This document shows, in pieces, positions 41,897-51,985 of a DNA stretch of 64,000 bases. The notes under the pieces are model-generated. The model saw only the letters and a program-made list of their open reading frames with translations. It was not told the DNA's origin and did no database searches. Position 1 is the first letter of the stretch. Each line of letters begins with the position of its first letter. Source of the stretch: a bacterium (GTDB lineage Bacteria; Fidelibacterota; Fidelibacteria; Fidelibacterales; Fidelibacteraceae); contig OY781066.1 in the NCBI GenBank assembly GCA_963676395.1, forward strand, positions 672,001-736,000, written 5' to 3'. A program made the position numbers and the translations under genes.

Positions 41897-42766
41897 ATGG
41901 AAGAAGAACTTAATTCAGAGATTAAAAAGTTGATTCCAAAAGTGTATGATGATGCATTACAACCATCAGTCATTGAGATTGGCAAATCAATAAAGGAAAC
42001 TGTTAAACTCGCCTTGAAACCCTACAATGGAATAATTTGGTCAATTGATAAATCTTTCGACTGGTTAACAAACACAATATCTCAAAGAGTTGAAAACTAT
42101 AAAATCAAAAAGATAAAAGCTCCGAATATTGAGACCACAATTAAGGTTATTCAGGGAGTACAGACAACAGGAGCACTAAATGATTTTGTTCCAAGACATC
42201 TATTTGCCAATCTATTGTTTTCGGAAATAAATGCAGAATACGGACATGAAACCCATCCAGCTTATGCAGAACTTTTAAAACAATTTACTCAAGAAGAATG
42301 TAAAATTTTATGCGTCATTGCAAATAGACCTTTATCAATATATTCAACAAGTACATTAAGCGATAATTATTTTGACTATAACTACAAGGAGAAAGAAAAA
42401 ATAAGATATAGCAATGAAACTCATGATTTACAAATAAAATGTGGATTTACAGAAACTGCACCTTTAAGTCTTTACATTGACAACTTATTAAGACTAGGTA
42501 TTATAGAAAGACAATCTACCAAACATGATGAAATACCAAGCTCTACAAAAGAAGAAGCATCTGTTTATCATAGAGAACTTAAACTATTTGAGGAATATCA
42601 AAAACGATATAAAAATGATAGTCGTTGTCCAAAAAGTGTAAAAATCAGAATTGATATAATTAAACCAACATATTTTGGTCAAAACTTTTTAGGTGCAATT
42701 GGTGCCAGCCAGTTTTATGACCACTACAGTAATATTTTTATAAAGCCAGATTGGATAAAAGATTAA
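41897..42766 (+). CDS. Abi-alpha/DUF4393-like protein (cassette 1)
   Basis: KVYDDALQPS..EIGK, LFANLL, HPAYAELLKQ, IDNLLRLGII and T.FG..F motifs. Confidence 0.7.
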   Translation: MEEELNSEIKKLIPKVYDDALQPSVIEIGKSIKETVKLALKPYNGIIWSIDKSFDWLTNTISQRVENYKIKKIKAPNIETTIKVIQGVQTTGALNDFVPRHLFANLLFSEINAEYGHETHPAYAELLKQFTQEECKILCVIANRPLSIYSTSTLSDNYFDYNYKEKEKIRYSNETHDLQIKCGFTETAPLSLYIDNLLRLGIIERQSTKHDEIPSSTKEEASVYHRELKLFEEYQKRYKNDSRCPKSVKIRIDIIKPTYFGQNFLGAIGASQFYDHYSNIFIKPDWIKD

Positions 42767-42785
42767 ACCTTTAAAGAAGACTAAT

Positions 42786-43403
42786 ATGTTTTTTAAAACA
42801 CCAAACATCAAGATTGAAAAAATTGGGAATGTCGAAATCAATCCTCATTATCATCCGATTTTTGAAAAAATTGCTTACGATACGTTTCAAAAATTTATAG
42901 AAAAGGAAAACAAGTTACATCAGGTACAATCTTTATCTGACCAAAAGGTTAAAAAAACAAAGTTTTTAAAAACGATTGACCTACTTGGAAAAATCATATC
43001 AATTATTTCGGGTATTGCAATAGTTGTATTTGTGATTTTTTTACTTGCTGGTAAAACATCAATTGGTAGTGTGCAAGTATCAACTCTTTTAACAGTTATT
43101 AGTTTCACTTTGATTGGTGGAATTATTTCTATTGGCGGTGTGCAAATGTTTTCTTTTAATGCCTCGTTGAGAAAGAGTGAAAATAAAATAAGAGAACACC
43201 TAAATCGAAATTTGGAATGTCCCTTTGATAGAATACTAAAAACTGATAACCCAAATTGGCACAATAGACAGCCGGGAAATCCAGATTTTTGTATGCGCTG
43301 TCCATTAGGGATTGATATTTCAGGTAATGTAGAGGGTGGACTAATACATGTTTGTAAAGTATACATGAATTATCATAAAAGGTGGTTAGACAACAAACAA
43401 TAA
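42786..43403 (+). CDS. Two-TM membrane protein with Cys/His-rich C-terminus (cassette 1)
   Basis: Two hydrophobic helices; ECPF...FCMRCP...HVC. Confidence 0.65.
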   Translation: MFFKTPNIKIEKIGNVEINPHYHPIFEKIAYDTFQKFIEKENKLHQVQSLSDQKVKKTKFLKTIDLLGKIISIISGIAIVVFVIFLLAGKTSIGSVQVSTLLTVISFTLIGGIISIGGVQMFSFNASLRKSENKIREHLNRNLECPFDRILKTDNPNWHNRQPGNPDFCMRCPLGIDISGNVEGGLIHVCKVYMNYHKRWLDNKQ

Positions 43404-43407
43404 CTGG

Positions 43408-43539
43408 GCACAACATTTTGTATAAGTAATGGCAGGCGATGTAGTAAATATCAATGTTTGTAGCGCGCTCAAACTGCGTAGCGGTTTGACAGGAAACTAC
43501 CACGCAATCTGCCACTACTCATACAATTTACCGTTGTGT
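43408..43539 (+). repeat. attC-like site 1
   Basis: GCACAAC...ttgtataagtaatggcag / ctgccactactcatacaa...GTTGTGT; 132 bp; very similar to site 2. Confidence 0.85.
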
Positions 43540-43562
43540 GTAATGCAAAAAAAAGACAGTAC

Positions 43563-46328
43563 ATGAAATTTAAAACCCAACATTTAAGAAATATTATAGA
43601 TGCTAACAATGATAATCGATTAGCGATTTTTGTTGGAGCTGGAGTTTCAAAAAATTCTGAAACTAAAGGACTAAAACTTCCAATATGGCAGGATTTAATT
43701 GATGATTTGAAGAAAGATTTAGAATTAACAAGTGAGACAGACTTTTTAAAAATAGCACAACTTTATTATCTGGAATTTAAAGAGTATTCATATCTTAAAA
43801 AACTAAAAAAATATTTTCCTGATAACATAAGACCTTCTTCAATACACAAACAAATATTTGATTTAAATCCTCAAGTAATTATTACAACTAATTGGGATAC
43901 AATTCTTGAGAAAACGATAGAAGAAAATGCATATATCTATGATGTAATTCGTTGTGATGAAGATTTAGTTAAATCCACAATTCAAAAGAAAGTGATTAAA
44001 ATGCATGGAGATTTTAAAAATCACAATATAGTTTTCAAAGAAGATGATTACTTGAATTATCAATATAATTTTCCATTAATCGAAAATTACGTAAAAAGCA
44101 TTTTGTCTACTCACACTGTACTTTTTTTTGGTTATTCATATAATGATATCGATTTCAAACAAATAATGAAATGGTTGCAAAATTATTCAAAAGTACAACC
44201 GCCAAGATATTTAACTGTCTTTTATGAAAATTCAACACAAAATAAGTATTTAGAAAATCATGGAATAACCACATTTGTGCTTGATGAACCCAATAGTTCA
44301 ATGAATCTTCAAAGCGACTATACTGAGAATACAAAGTATTTCTTAGATTTAATAAAAGATGATGAAAGAATTAACTTCTTAAAAACTGAGAATGACATTA
44401 TCGATTTTGTTTTCAATAAATTAAAGGTGCTTTCTGAACTCAATGGTATTTTAATTGAGCAAATACAAACCTCATTGACTAATTGTGGTTTTCTGTATGA
44501 TGATAGCAATAAAACAATATTGGAATTTCGAGATAAAATACTCACATATGACTTAAATAAAGAAAAGAGAAATATATATAAGGAATTTGTAAAAATACTA
44601 AACGCGCAAGACGATAAAGGATTATCAAACAAAACTTTATATAGTATTTTTGAAATTTTAAGTAAAGCCAATATACAAGGAATTGTTATCACTGAAGACG
44701 ACTTATCAACTAGAGAAAAGAAATATATAGTTCTAGATGATTATTTAACAGATAAAGAATTCAATCTTGAATCAAAGTACCTTGATTTTGATTTTTCATT
44801 TGAGGACAAATCAACAAATGATATTTATGAATTGCTTCAAAAATCATTCATTTTATATCAGCTTGAAGATTACGAAAAAGCATATGAGATTGTTGAAAAA
44901 ACAATAATACAGTGTTTAAAGCAAAAAAATTATACTGTTTTATTTATTTCAATGTTTAATAAAAATGTTCTTCTCTGGAAATTGAAATATGGCTTTTTTC
45001 AAAATAGAAAAGTATATGAAGATATTGAAGAATATAATTTAGAAGAGAAGTTTAATCAGCTTCCAAAAGATTTACAAGGAGCACTTAAGCCAATTTACAA
45101 CTTCTTAAACTCTTGTTATTTATATATATTTGCATATAGAATATCAGAAGAATTAAATAAAAAAGAGGGATCTAAAAAAACTATAGAATCTGGTGGTTTT
45201 GTTTTAAATTCTAATATTACCGAATCTTCTTCAAAGCATAAAAATCTAATTTCATTTATACTCCGCAACGGAATAATTTTAGAAGGGAGAAGCGAATTTC
45301 AAAGTATCAATAAATATTTCCTGAAAATTTCTATTATAAGACAGGTTCAGAATAAAGCAACTACATTTAACGAAATAGAGTTTTTTTCAGCGATAAAGTA
45401 TCTTTCGAATAAAGAATTAAAACATTTACTATCTGAATTTTACAAATATGATTCTGACAAAAAGGGCAAATTTGAAATTTCAGAAGAAAATAAAAATTGG
45501 TTAATTAATAAGGTGTTGATAAATCTTGTAAAAAGATATATAAACTCCGACAATGCGTTTAATACATTTGAAAAATACTTAGAAAATACAATCTTCTTAC
45601 TTTCATTAACAAAACTATCAGATGATGAAATTTCAAAAATTTTAGAAAGCTTTAATAACATTATCGATAAAGCTAAAAACACAATTGGAATTTACGAATC
45701 AATAAATCTTTTCTTGGGAAACCAATATAATCTTCATAATACATCCATTAATGAAAGTTCATTACTTAATTTGATAAAATCTATCATTAATAAATTTGTA
45801 AGCAAGCAATATAATGGATACGATTTTCATGCAATTACACGCAATGAAATTTCGAATTTATATGGTTATGCAAGAGAACAAAAAGCAATATTTAAAGAAA
45901 AAGCATTGATTAATAAATTAATTGATGCATCAAAAGAACTACCAATAGAAGAACAATTAAATATTTCAGAATCTCTTCTTCTTAGTATTTATGATATTTC
46001 TACTGATGAAATTAAGACCAAAATTAAAGAATATATTTTGAGCATAAAATCAAGTGAAACAAAAGAAAAACATGATTATTTAATATTTGAGCTCATCTTA
46101 GTTATTCGTGATTTTAAAAATTTAGAAACAGATTTAATCAAAGAGCTTGAAGAATATTTTGAACCATATAAAGACTCAAAGTCATTTTCTTCAATTTGGT
46201 ATTCAATAGATAGTCAGATAGATTATTTAATAAAAGAAAAGCAACTAACTCAGCTCAAAGAAGTTTCTTCAACGATAAAAACGTTAATAGAAAACTTTAA
46301 GAAAAGTGAAAGATTTTCAATACTTTAA
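43563..46328 (+). CDS. SIR2-domain defence protein, DSR2-like (cassette 2)
   Basis: IFVGAGVS, IITTNWD, KMHGD and VFKEDDYLNY..NFPLI...STHTVLFFGYS; long helical C-terminus; ATG 43563 preferred over the GTG inside the att site. Confidence 0.8.
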   Translation: MKFKTQHLRNIIDANNDNRLAIFVGAGVSKNSETKGLKLPIWQDLIDDLKKDLELTSETDFLKIAQLYYLEFKEYSYLKKLKKYFPDNIRPSSIHKQIFDLNPQVIITTNWDTILEKTIEENAYIYDVIRCDEDLVKSTIQKKVIKMHGDFKNHNIVFKEDDYLNYQYNFPLIENYVKSILSTHTVLFFGYSYNDIDFKQIMKWLQNYSKVQPPRYLTVFYENSTQNKYLENHGITTFVLDEPNSSMNLQSDYTENTKYFLDLIKDDERINFLKTENDIIDFVFNKLKVLSELNGILIEQIQTSLTNCGFLYDDSNKTILEFRDKILTYDLNKEKRNIYKEFVKILNAQDDKGLSNKTLYSIFEILSKANIQGIVITEDDLSTREKKYIVLDDYLTDKEFNLESKYLDFDFSFEDKSTNDIYELLQKSFILYQLEDYEKAYEIVEKTIIQCLKQKNYTVLFISMFNKNVLLWKLKYGFFQNRKVYEDIEEYNLEEKFNQLPKDLQGALKPIYNFLNSCYLYIFAYRISEELNKKEGSKKTIESGGFVLNSNITESSSKHKNLISFILRNGIILEGRSEFQSINKYFLKISIIRQVQNKATTFNEIEFFSAIKYLSNKELKHLLSEFYKYDSDKKGKFEISEENKNWLINKVLINLVKRYINSDNAFNTFEKYLENTIFLLSLTKLSDDEISKILESFNNIIDKAKNTIGIYESINLFLGNQYNLHNTSINESSLLNLIKSIINKFVSKQYNGYDFHAITRNEISNLYGYAREQKAIFKEKALINKLIDASKELPIEEQLNISESLLLSIYDISTDEIKTKIKEYILSIKSSETKEKHDYLIFELILVIRDFKNLETDLIKELEEYFEPYKDSKSFSSIWYSIDSQIDYLIKEKQLTQLKEVSSTIKTLIENFKKSERFSIL

Positions 46329-46346
46329 TGTGAAAGAAAGCACTAC

Positions 46347-46478
46347 ACACAACATTTTGTATAAGTAATGGCAGACAATGTGGTAAATATCAAGGTTTGT
46401 AACCCGCTCCAACTGCGTAGCTGTTTGACAGGGAAGTGCTACGCAATCTGCCACTACTCATACAATTTACCGTTGGCT
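46347..46478 (+). repeat. attC-like site 2
   Basis: ACACAAC...ttgtataagtaatggcaga / tctgccactactcatacaa...GTTGGCT; 132 bp. Confidence 0.85.
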
Positions 46479-46504
46479 GCAATTGAAATGAAACTCATCA
46501 CAAC

Positions 46505-47671
46505 ATGAAAATAAATAAACTTAGACTTGAAGGTGTTGGAGGAATAGAATTTATTGAATTAATTTTCAATAGCCAGATGAATCTTTTCTGTGGCCCTAAT
46601 GGAATTGGCAAGACAACAATTCTCGAATCCATAGCACACATTTTTTCAAATGGTCGAACGAACATTTTAAAACGGAATGTAAATAGTGCAAACAGCAAGA
46701 TTTGGATTCAAATTGATGATAGTGGACAAACAAAAGAGAAAGAAATTCATTTTGATACATTTGTGCCTGAAGTTCCAACAGAAATTAGACAAGCACTAAA
46801 TCAATACTCAAATCAAATTCTATCTTTAAAAACTAGTAGGATTTTTCAATACCAGTCATTGCAAGCCGTTAATAAAGATTCTTTAAAGGAAACACATTTG
46901 ATTTGGAATGATGCTATCAATGGCATTCAATTAGCCGATGTGAAAAACTGGTTTGTAAATAGATATTTATACTCAGCACATCCAGGAGCTTTAACAGAAG
47001 AACAACTTGCGAATTATGAATTAGCAAAATCTTGTTTTTCATTTTTAAATGAAGAGTTTTCTTTTTCAAAGGTTGATGCCTCTTCAAATGAAATTATGGT
47101 CAGTACTCCAAGTGGTACAATTTATTATGAATATTTATCATCTGGTTTTAAATCAATAATCTCAATATTATTTGGAATAATAAAGGAAATTGAATTTAGA
47201 TTTACTAATCCAAGAATAAAAGCTGTTGATTTTGAGGGGATAATTCTAATTGATGAAATAGAACTTCACTTACATCCAGAGTGGCAAGAAAAGGTTGCAA
47301 GTGTACTCTTAAAGGCATTTCCAAAAGCCCAGTTTTTTGCAACAACTCATAGTCCACATATCATTCAGACAGCGTTACCAAATCAAATAATTGCCTTGGA
47401 GGCAAGTGATAAGAAAACAATCCAGAGAGAGCTTCCTGATACTGAATTTGGATTTCAAGGATGGACAATAGAAGAAGTATTAACTGATGTAATGGGAATG
47501 AAAGATACTAGGACCGAATTATTTAATCTGCTTATGTACGATTTTCAGATAAATATAGATAAAGAAAATTATGAAGGTGCATTAAAGATATTTGAAACTG
47601 TAGATTCTTTATTGCATCCTCACAACGAACTTAGAAAACTTTTAAAATTTCAACTCGCTGGAATTAAATAG
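46505..47671 (+). CDS. ptuA: ABC/AAA ATPase, Septu PtuA-like (cassette 3)
   Basis: GPNGIGKT, LSSG, ILIDEIELHLHPEWQ and TTHSP motifs; followed by an HNH gene. Confidence 0.75.
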   Translation: MKINKLRLEGVGGIEFIELIFNSQMNLFCGPNGIGKTTILESIAHIFSNGRTNILKRNVNSANSKIWIQIDDSGQTKEKEIHFDTFVPEVPTEIRQALNQYSNQILSLKTSRIFQYQSLQAVNKDSLKETHLIWNDAINGIQLADVKNWFVNRYLYSAHPGALTEEQLANYELAKSCFSFLNEEFSFSKVDASSNEIMVSTPSGTIYYEYLSSGFKSIISILFGIIKEIEFRFTNPRIKAVDFEGIILIDEIELHLHPEWQEKVASVLLKAFPKAQFFATTHSPHIIQTALPNQIIALEASDKKTIQRELPDTEFGFQGWTIEEVLTDVMGMKDTRTELFNLLMYDFQINIDKENYEGALKIFETVDSLLHPHNELRKLLKFQLAGIK

Positions 47672-47678
47672 AAATTAA

Positions 47679-48422
47679 ATGATTAAGCTTAATAGACTTT
47701 TTACACCTCTCGGATTATCTCCAGCTTTTATTAAAGCACAAACACTTGAATTTAAAACAAATGGAACAAATGTATGGAATGTTAACTGGTTAAAAGAATC
47801 GCTACTACAGTTAAGTTTTCAAAAATGTGCCTATTGTGAATGTTCTTTGAGCGTTGAAAGTAATTATATGGAAGTTGAGCATTTTGAAGACAAAAGTGAT
47901 TACCCAGATAAAGTTTTAATTTGGGAAAACCTTATTCCTTCTTGCAAGAAATGTAATGGTTCGAAAAGTACTCACGATGTAAATAAAGAACCAATTGTTA
48001 ATCCATTTATCGATAATCCCTCTGATGAATTTTATTTTAGATTATACAAGATAAAAGGAATTAAAGAAAAGGGTATTCGAACAGAATCCATATTAAATTT
48101 AAATCACCCTGAAAGAGCAATAAAAAAACGATTTGAAATTGGTGAAGCCTTAGAAAACTTAATTGAACAAGCATTTGAACGGTTGATTAATTTTGAGGAA
48201 AGTTCAACCGTACTTCGAAGAAACAAGCTAAATAATATTGTTGAAGAAATTCTACAAGAGAGTCAACCTGAATCTATATATTCTGCAACTTGTGCAACAA
48301 TTCTTCATTCATGTTTGAGATATAATGAAATCAAGATAAAAATGGAAAAATTAGGTTTATGGACTTCAGAATTTGATAATTTACATGAAAAATCGAAAGA
48401 AATTGTACTAGAAATGAAATAA
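47679..48422 (+). CDS. ptuB: HNH endonuclease, Septu PtuB-like (cassette 3)
   Basis: KCAYCE, EVEHF and WENLIPSCKKCN..K motifs. Confidence 0.75.
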   Translation: MIKLNRLFTPLGLSPAFIKAQTLEFKTNGTNVWNVNWLKESLLQLSFQKCAYCECSLSVESNYMEVEHFEDKSDYPDKVLIWENLIPSCKKCNGSKSTHDVNKEPIVNPFIDNPSDEFYFRLYKIKGIKEKGIRTESILNLNHPERAIKKRFEIGEALENLIEQAFERLINFEESSTVLRRNKLNNIVEEILQESQPESIYSATCATILHSCLRYNEIKIKMEKLGLWTSEFDNLHEKSKEIVLEMK

Positions 48423-48429
48423 CAACTGC

Positions 48430-48559
48430 TGCCAACAATGTATATACAAAATAGGCGAGATAGTAGTAAATTCAAGGGTTGTAGCCCGCTTCAAAATTGT
48501 GACGGTTTGACAAGTTTGAAGCCCGCAATCGCCTACTTTGCATATACTTACCGTTGGCA
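48430..48559 (+). repeat. attC-like site 3
   Basis: TGCCAAC...gtatatacaaaataggcga / tcgcctactttgcatatac...GTTGGCA; 130 bp. Confidence 0.85.
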
Positions 48560-48598
48560 ACAATACAGGACACACCTCAGTTGTAAAGATTATGAAAT

Positions 48599-51115
48599 AT
48601 GATTGAAAAGAAAATTGACAAATCTATTCTCCTTGATGATTTGGAGCTATTTAAATATTTAAAGGATAATGATAGTGAATTCGTATCGTTAATTGATGAT
48701 ATAAATGCCAAAGTTAAGAACCTGCTCAATAGTGGTATACCAAAAGTATTTTCATCATACACCTTACATGACATTGAACATTCATATCGGATAATAAAGT
48801 ATATGAGTGACATTATTCCTGATATTTCAAAATTAAATGAACTTGAAATTACTATTCTGATACTTGTTGGATTGTTGCATGATGTTGGAATGGCTGTGTC
48901 CACAGAGGATTTAGAGTTAATTAAAAATGATAATTACCCTCATTTTGATGTGAAGTTTTCTGCAACTAAAAAATATGTTGGAGGTGATGAAAACTTAGCA
49001 TTGCAGGAATATATAAGAATGTATCATGCTCAAATGTCGGGAATATACATTGAAGAAAAGTTAAAAGACAAGCTGAAAATTTCTGAAAACTCTACCTTAT
49101 CTTTCATGGATGATGTTATTAAAATCTGTAGAAGTCATACTGAGTCATATGAATGGATTAAGCAAAATTTGAATCCGTACACTGTATTAGGTGATTATGA
49201 ATACAATTCCTTATATATTTCTCACTTATTGAGACTTGGAGACATCCTAGATATTGATGAAAAAAGAACTCCTTTAAGCTTGTATAACTTGATAGCTCCT
49301 AAAGGTAAAAGTGAAGAGGAATGGGATAAGCATTTCATAATTCAAAATTATGAGAAAATTGAAATAAATCCGAAATCAAAATTAAAGCAGATTGCTTTTC
49401 ATGGTCATTGTTCTAACGCACATATACACCGTAAATTACTAGAATTTTTTGATTGGGTTAATGAGGAACTTTTGAATGCATTAGCATCAACGAATAATAT
49501 GCAAGAGCAGTATAGGCTAAATCTCGAAAATTCAATCCTTCAAAATATTGTAACCGAGGGCTACACATTTTCTGATTATAAAATGAAACTCGATTTTGAA
49601 GCAATTAGTTCTTTATTGATGGGGGAAAAAATATATGGAGGAAAAGAACTAGGATTAAGGGAGCTTATTCAAAATTCGATAGATGCATGCCGATATAGGA
49701 CAGAATTAGAAAACATAGGAAAAGAATTTGGCGAAATAGATTATGAGCCTAAAATAAAAGTTATTGTAGACAGTAAAAACCAGATTATTTCAATAAAGGA
49801 TAATGGGGTAGGTATGTCAATTGGTGTAATAAAGAATCACTTCTTGAATATTGGCAAATCTTATTATAATTCATCCGAATTCTTGTTGCAAGATGTCGAG
49901 TATAAACCAATAGGAAATTTTGGAATTGGGTTCCTTGCATGCTTTATGTTATCTAATAATATTAAAGTAGTGACTAGATATTATAATAGCCAAGACAAAT
50001 ATATTATTGAACTTGAAAAAGGAAACGAATTTACATCTATGTTGAAATCAAATGACGTAAGATTTGAAGGGACGGAAGTTGTTTTTAATCATGATGAATT
50101 TATGAGTGTTTTCAATGATAAAATTGAAGATATATCAAATTTTCTGAAAAAATATTTTATTACTGATGGCATTGAATTAGAACTTATAAATGTAGATAAG
50201 AAAGAACGGATTTCTATCGAAAATAAATTTGACAAAAACATAACACCAGATAAAGGATTTCTAATTGATTTAAGTTCTTATTTAAAGGAAATAGAAGGCT
50301 ATGCGATTGTTAAACACCGCAATAGCTTTATTCACACTTTAGATGATATTGGCTTTGAAGGTGAACTTTATTTTTATGATTATGAAAAGGGATTATATGA
50401 AGTAGAGGATTTATCGAAAGTTGATATTGATTTTTATATACTTAACAATAGAATTAGATATTTCAATATTCCATTAGTTGAAAATGAAAATGTATCTGAT
50501 TACCTCAATGGTTTAAGATATACTGATGATGATGTATCAGAAGTAATTGATAAAATGGTCAATGACTTAAGATGGATTTCTATACTCCCTCAAAGAGATA
50601 CTGATTCAATGATGTCTGACCAAATTATAGATAATGGAGATACTTTTTTTGACAATTTAGAGTTCAGCGACTTAGTAAAATTAGGTCACGATGACACATG
50701 TAAAACAAAGATGTTTGAGAAAGAGCAAAATATATTTGAAGGAGAAAAAAGTAACTTATATATGCCTTTTGAGCAAAAAGAAGACAATTACTGGAGATAC
50801 TATTATAGAAAAAAAGAAAAACAAAATTTGTATGTAAGAAATGTTTTAATCAAGGACTTTGATTTTTCTTTTAATACTAAAGCATCCATTTTTGACATAA
50901 ATGATGTAATAGTCAATGTACAATCAAAAAAAGTTGTTCCTGATATTTCTAGAAATAATTTGGATTCAGAAACAGAAAATAGACTTAACTATTCGATAAG
51001 CAGAGCAATTCATATTGGATTACTTAATAGTGAAAAATTGTTAGATAATGAAAGAGAAACTCTTAAGTTATTTATTGATGAGTTTTATACTGACAAAACT
51101 GAATTTGATAAATAA
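48599..51115 (+). CDS. HD-domain plus HSP90-like (GHKL) ATPase fusion (cassette 4)
   Basis: YTLHDIEHS, LLHDVGM and LRLGDILD; then RELIQNSIDA, DNGVGM and IGNFGIGFLACF. Confidence 0.85.
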   Translation: MIEKKIDKSILLDDLELFKYLKDNDSEFVSLIDDINAKVKNLLNSGIPKVFSSYTLHDIEHSYRIIKYMSDIIPDISKLNELEITILILVGLLHDVGMAVSTEDLELIKNDNYPHFDVKFSATKKYVGGDENLALQEYIRMYHAQMSGIYIEEKLKDKLKISENSTLSFMDDVIKICRSHTESYEWIKQNLNPYTVLGDYEYNSLYISHLLRLGDILDIDEKRTPLSLYNLIAPKGKSEEEWDKHFIIQNYEKIEINPKSKLKQIAFHGHCSNAHIHRKLLEFFDWVNEELLNALASTNNMQEQYRLNLENSILQNIVTEGYTFSDYKMKLDFEAISSLLMGEKIYGGKELGLRELIQNSIDACRYRTELENIGKEFGEIDYEPKIKVIVDSKNQIISIKDNGVGMSIGVIKNHFLNIGKSYYNSSEFLLQDVEYKPIGNFGIGFLACFMLSNNIKVVTRYYNSQDKYIIELEKGNEFTSMLKSNDVRFEGTEVVFNHDEFMSVFNDKIEDISNFLKKYFITDGIELELINVDKKERISIENKFDKNITPDKGFLIDLSSYLKEIEGYAIVKHRNSFIHTLDDIGFEGELYFYDYEKGLYEVEDLSKVDIDFYILNNRIRYFNIPLVENENVSDYLNGLRYTDDDVSEVIDKMVNDLRWISILPQRDTDSMMSDQIIDNGDTFFDNLEFSDLVKLGHDDTCKTKMFEKEQNIFEGEKSNLYMPFEQKEDNYWRYYYRKKEKQNLYVRNVLIKDFDFSFNTKASIFDINDVIVNVQSKKVVPDISRNNLDSETENRLNYSISRAIHIGLLNSEKLLDNERETLKLFIDEFYTDKTEFDK

Positions 51116-51122
51116 GTACTGT

Positions 51123-51253
51123 TGGCAACAATGTGTATAGTGCATAAGGGTTTCAGAGGTTTTCGAGCATTATCACCCACATCAATTTTGGGTGGTAACT
51201 TGACAGGTTTGAAGCCCGCAACCCCTTACGACACCATACACTCAACGTTAGCG
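51123..51253 (+). repeat. attC-like site 4
   Basis: TGGCAAC...gtgtatagtgcataaggg / cccttacgacaccatacac...GTTAGCG; 131 bp; very similar to site 5. Confidence 0.85.
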
Positions 51254-51295
51254 GTAATTTAAACTCCAGAAATTGGACCTAATAACATCAAAATT

Positions 51296-51985
51296 TTGAA
51301 AGAAAAAGACACATGCTGTTACTGTGGTAAGAACTCTGAGTCAAGAGACCATATCCCATCCAAAAATTTATTGGAAAAACCATTTCCAGATAATTTATTA
51401 ACAGTACCGTCTTGCATAAAGTGTAATCAATCATTTTCATTAGACGAAGAATATTTTCTAAATGTATTAGTTGAGATTTCAAACAATCCGACTTTAATCG
51501 CAAAAAAAGAGCCTAACGGTAATGTTTATAAAGCACGAAAGCGGTCAAAAAAATTAAATGATAGAATTGAAAATTCATTGATTCAGTTAGAAGATGGAAA
51601 AATCTATTTTAGAATGGAAGAAAACAGAATTAAAAAAGTTATAGAGAAAAATGCACTTGGACTCTACTTCCATAAATACCATAAACTTGCTAACCTGAAT
51701 AAATTTAATTGTACTGGATTCTATCCGTTTTCAGTTGAAGAAACAAGACCTGCAGAAATTTTCATGTTGACTTATTCTGAAAAATTTAGAGCCAAAAGAT
51801 GGACAACAATTCAAGAGAATGTTTTTTCATATATAGTTGTACGAGATTGGAGGAGAGGAAAAAAATTGACAATGATTTTTCATATTCATAACACAGTATG
51901 GTGTATTATTGAAATTCCATTTCCAACATCAACGAAAAGATTAAAAAGACAAAAGAATTCTCATACTGAAAAAATAAATTTATGA
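51296..51985 (+). CDS. HNH endonuclease-domain protein (cassette 5)
   Basis: CCYCG...SRDHIP...LTVPSCIKCN; TTG start. Confidence 0.75.
   Translation: MKEKDTCCYCGKNSESRDHIPSKNLLEKPFPDNLLTVPSCIKCNQSFSLDEEYFLNVLVEISNNPTLIAKKEPNGNVYKARKRSKKLNDRIENSLIQLEDGKIYFRMEENRIKKVIEKNALGLYFHKYHKLANLNKFNCTGFYPFSVEETRPAEIFMLTYSEKFRAKRWTTIQENVFSYIVVRDWRRGKKLTMIFHIHNTVWCIIEIPFPTSTKRLKRQKNSHTEKINL

Noticed and set aside
43156..43515. Minus-strand 119-aa ORF across att site 1, and other short antisense or alternate-frame ORFs in the track
   Set aside because: Shadow ORFs overlapping well-supported genes, with no recognisable motifs
43485..43520. TTGACA within att sites as cassette promoters
   Set aside because: TTGACA/TTGATA recurs in sites 1-5, but I see no -10 hexamer at 16-18 bp spacing
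43536..43562. GTG start of the SIR2 gene given in the ORF track
   Set aside because: Lies within the att site right end; ATG at 43563 is more plausible
46505..48422. Retron-associated Septu
   Set aside because: No reverse transcriptase and no room for msr-msd inside the cassette
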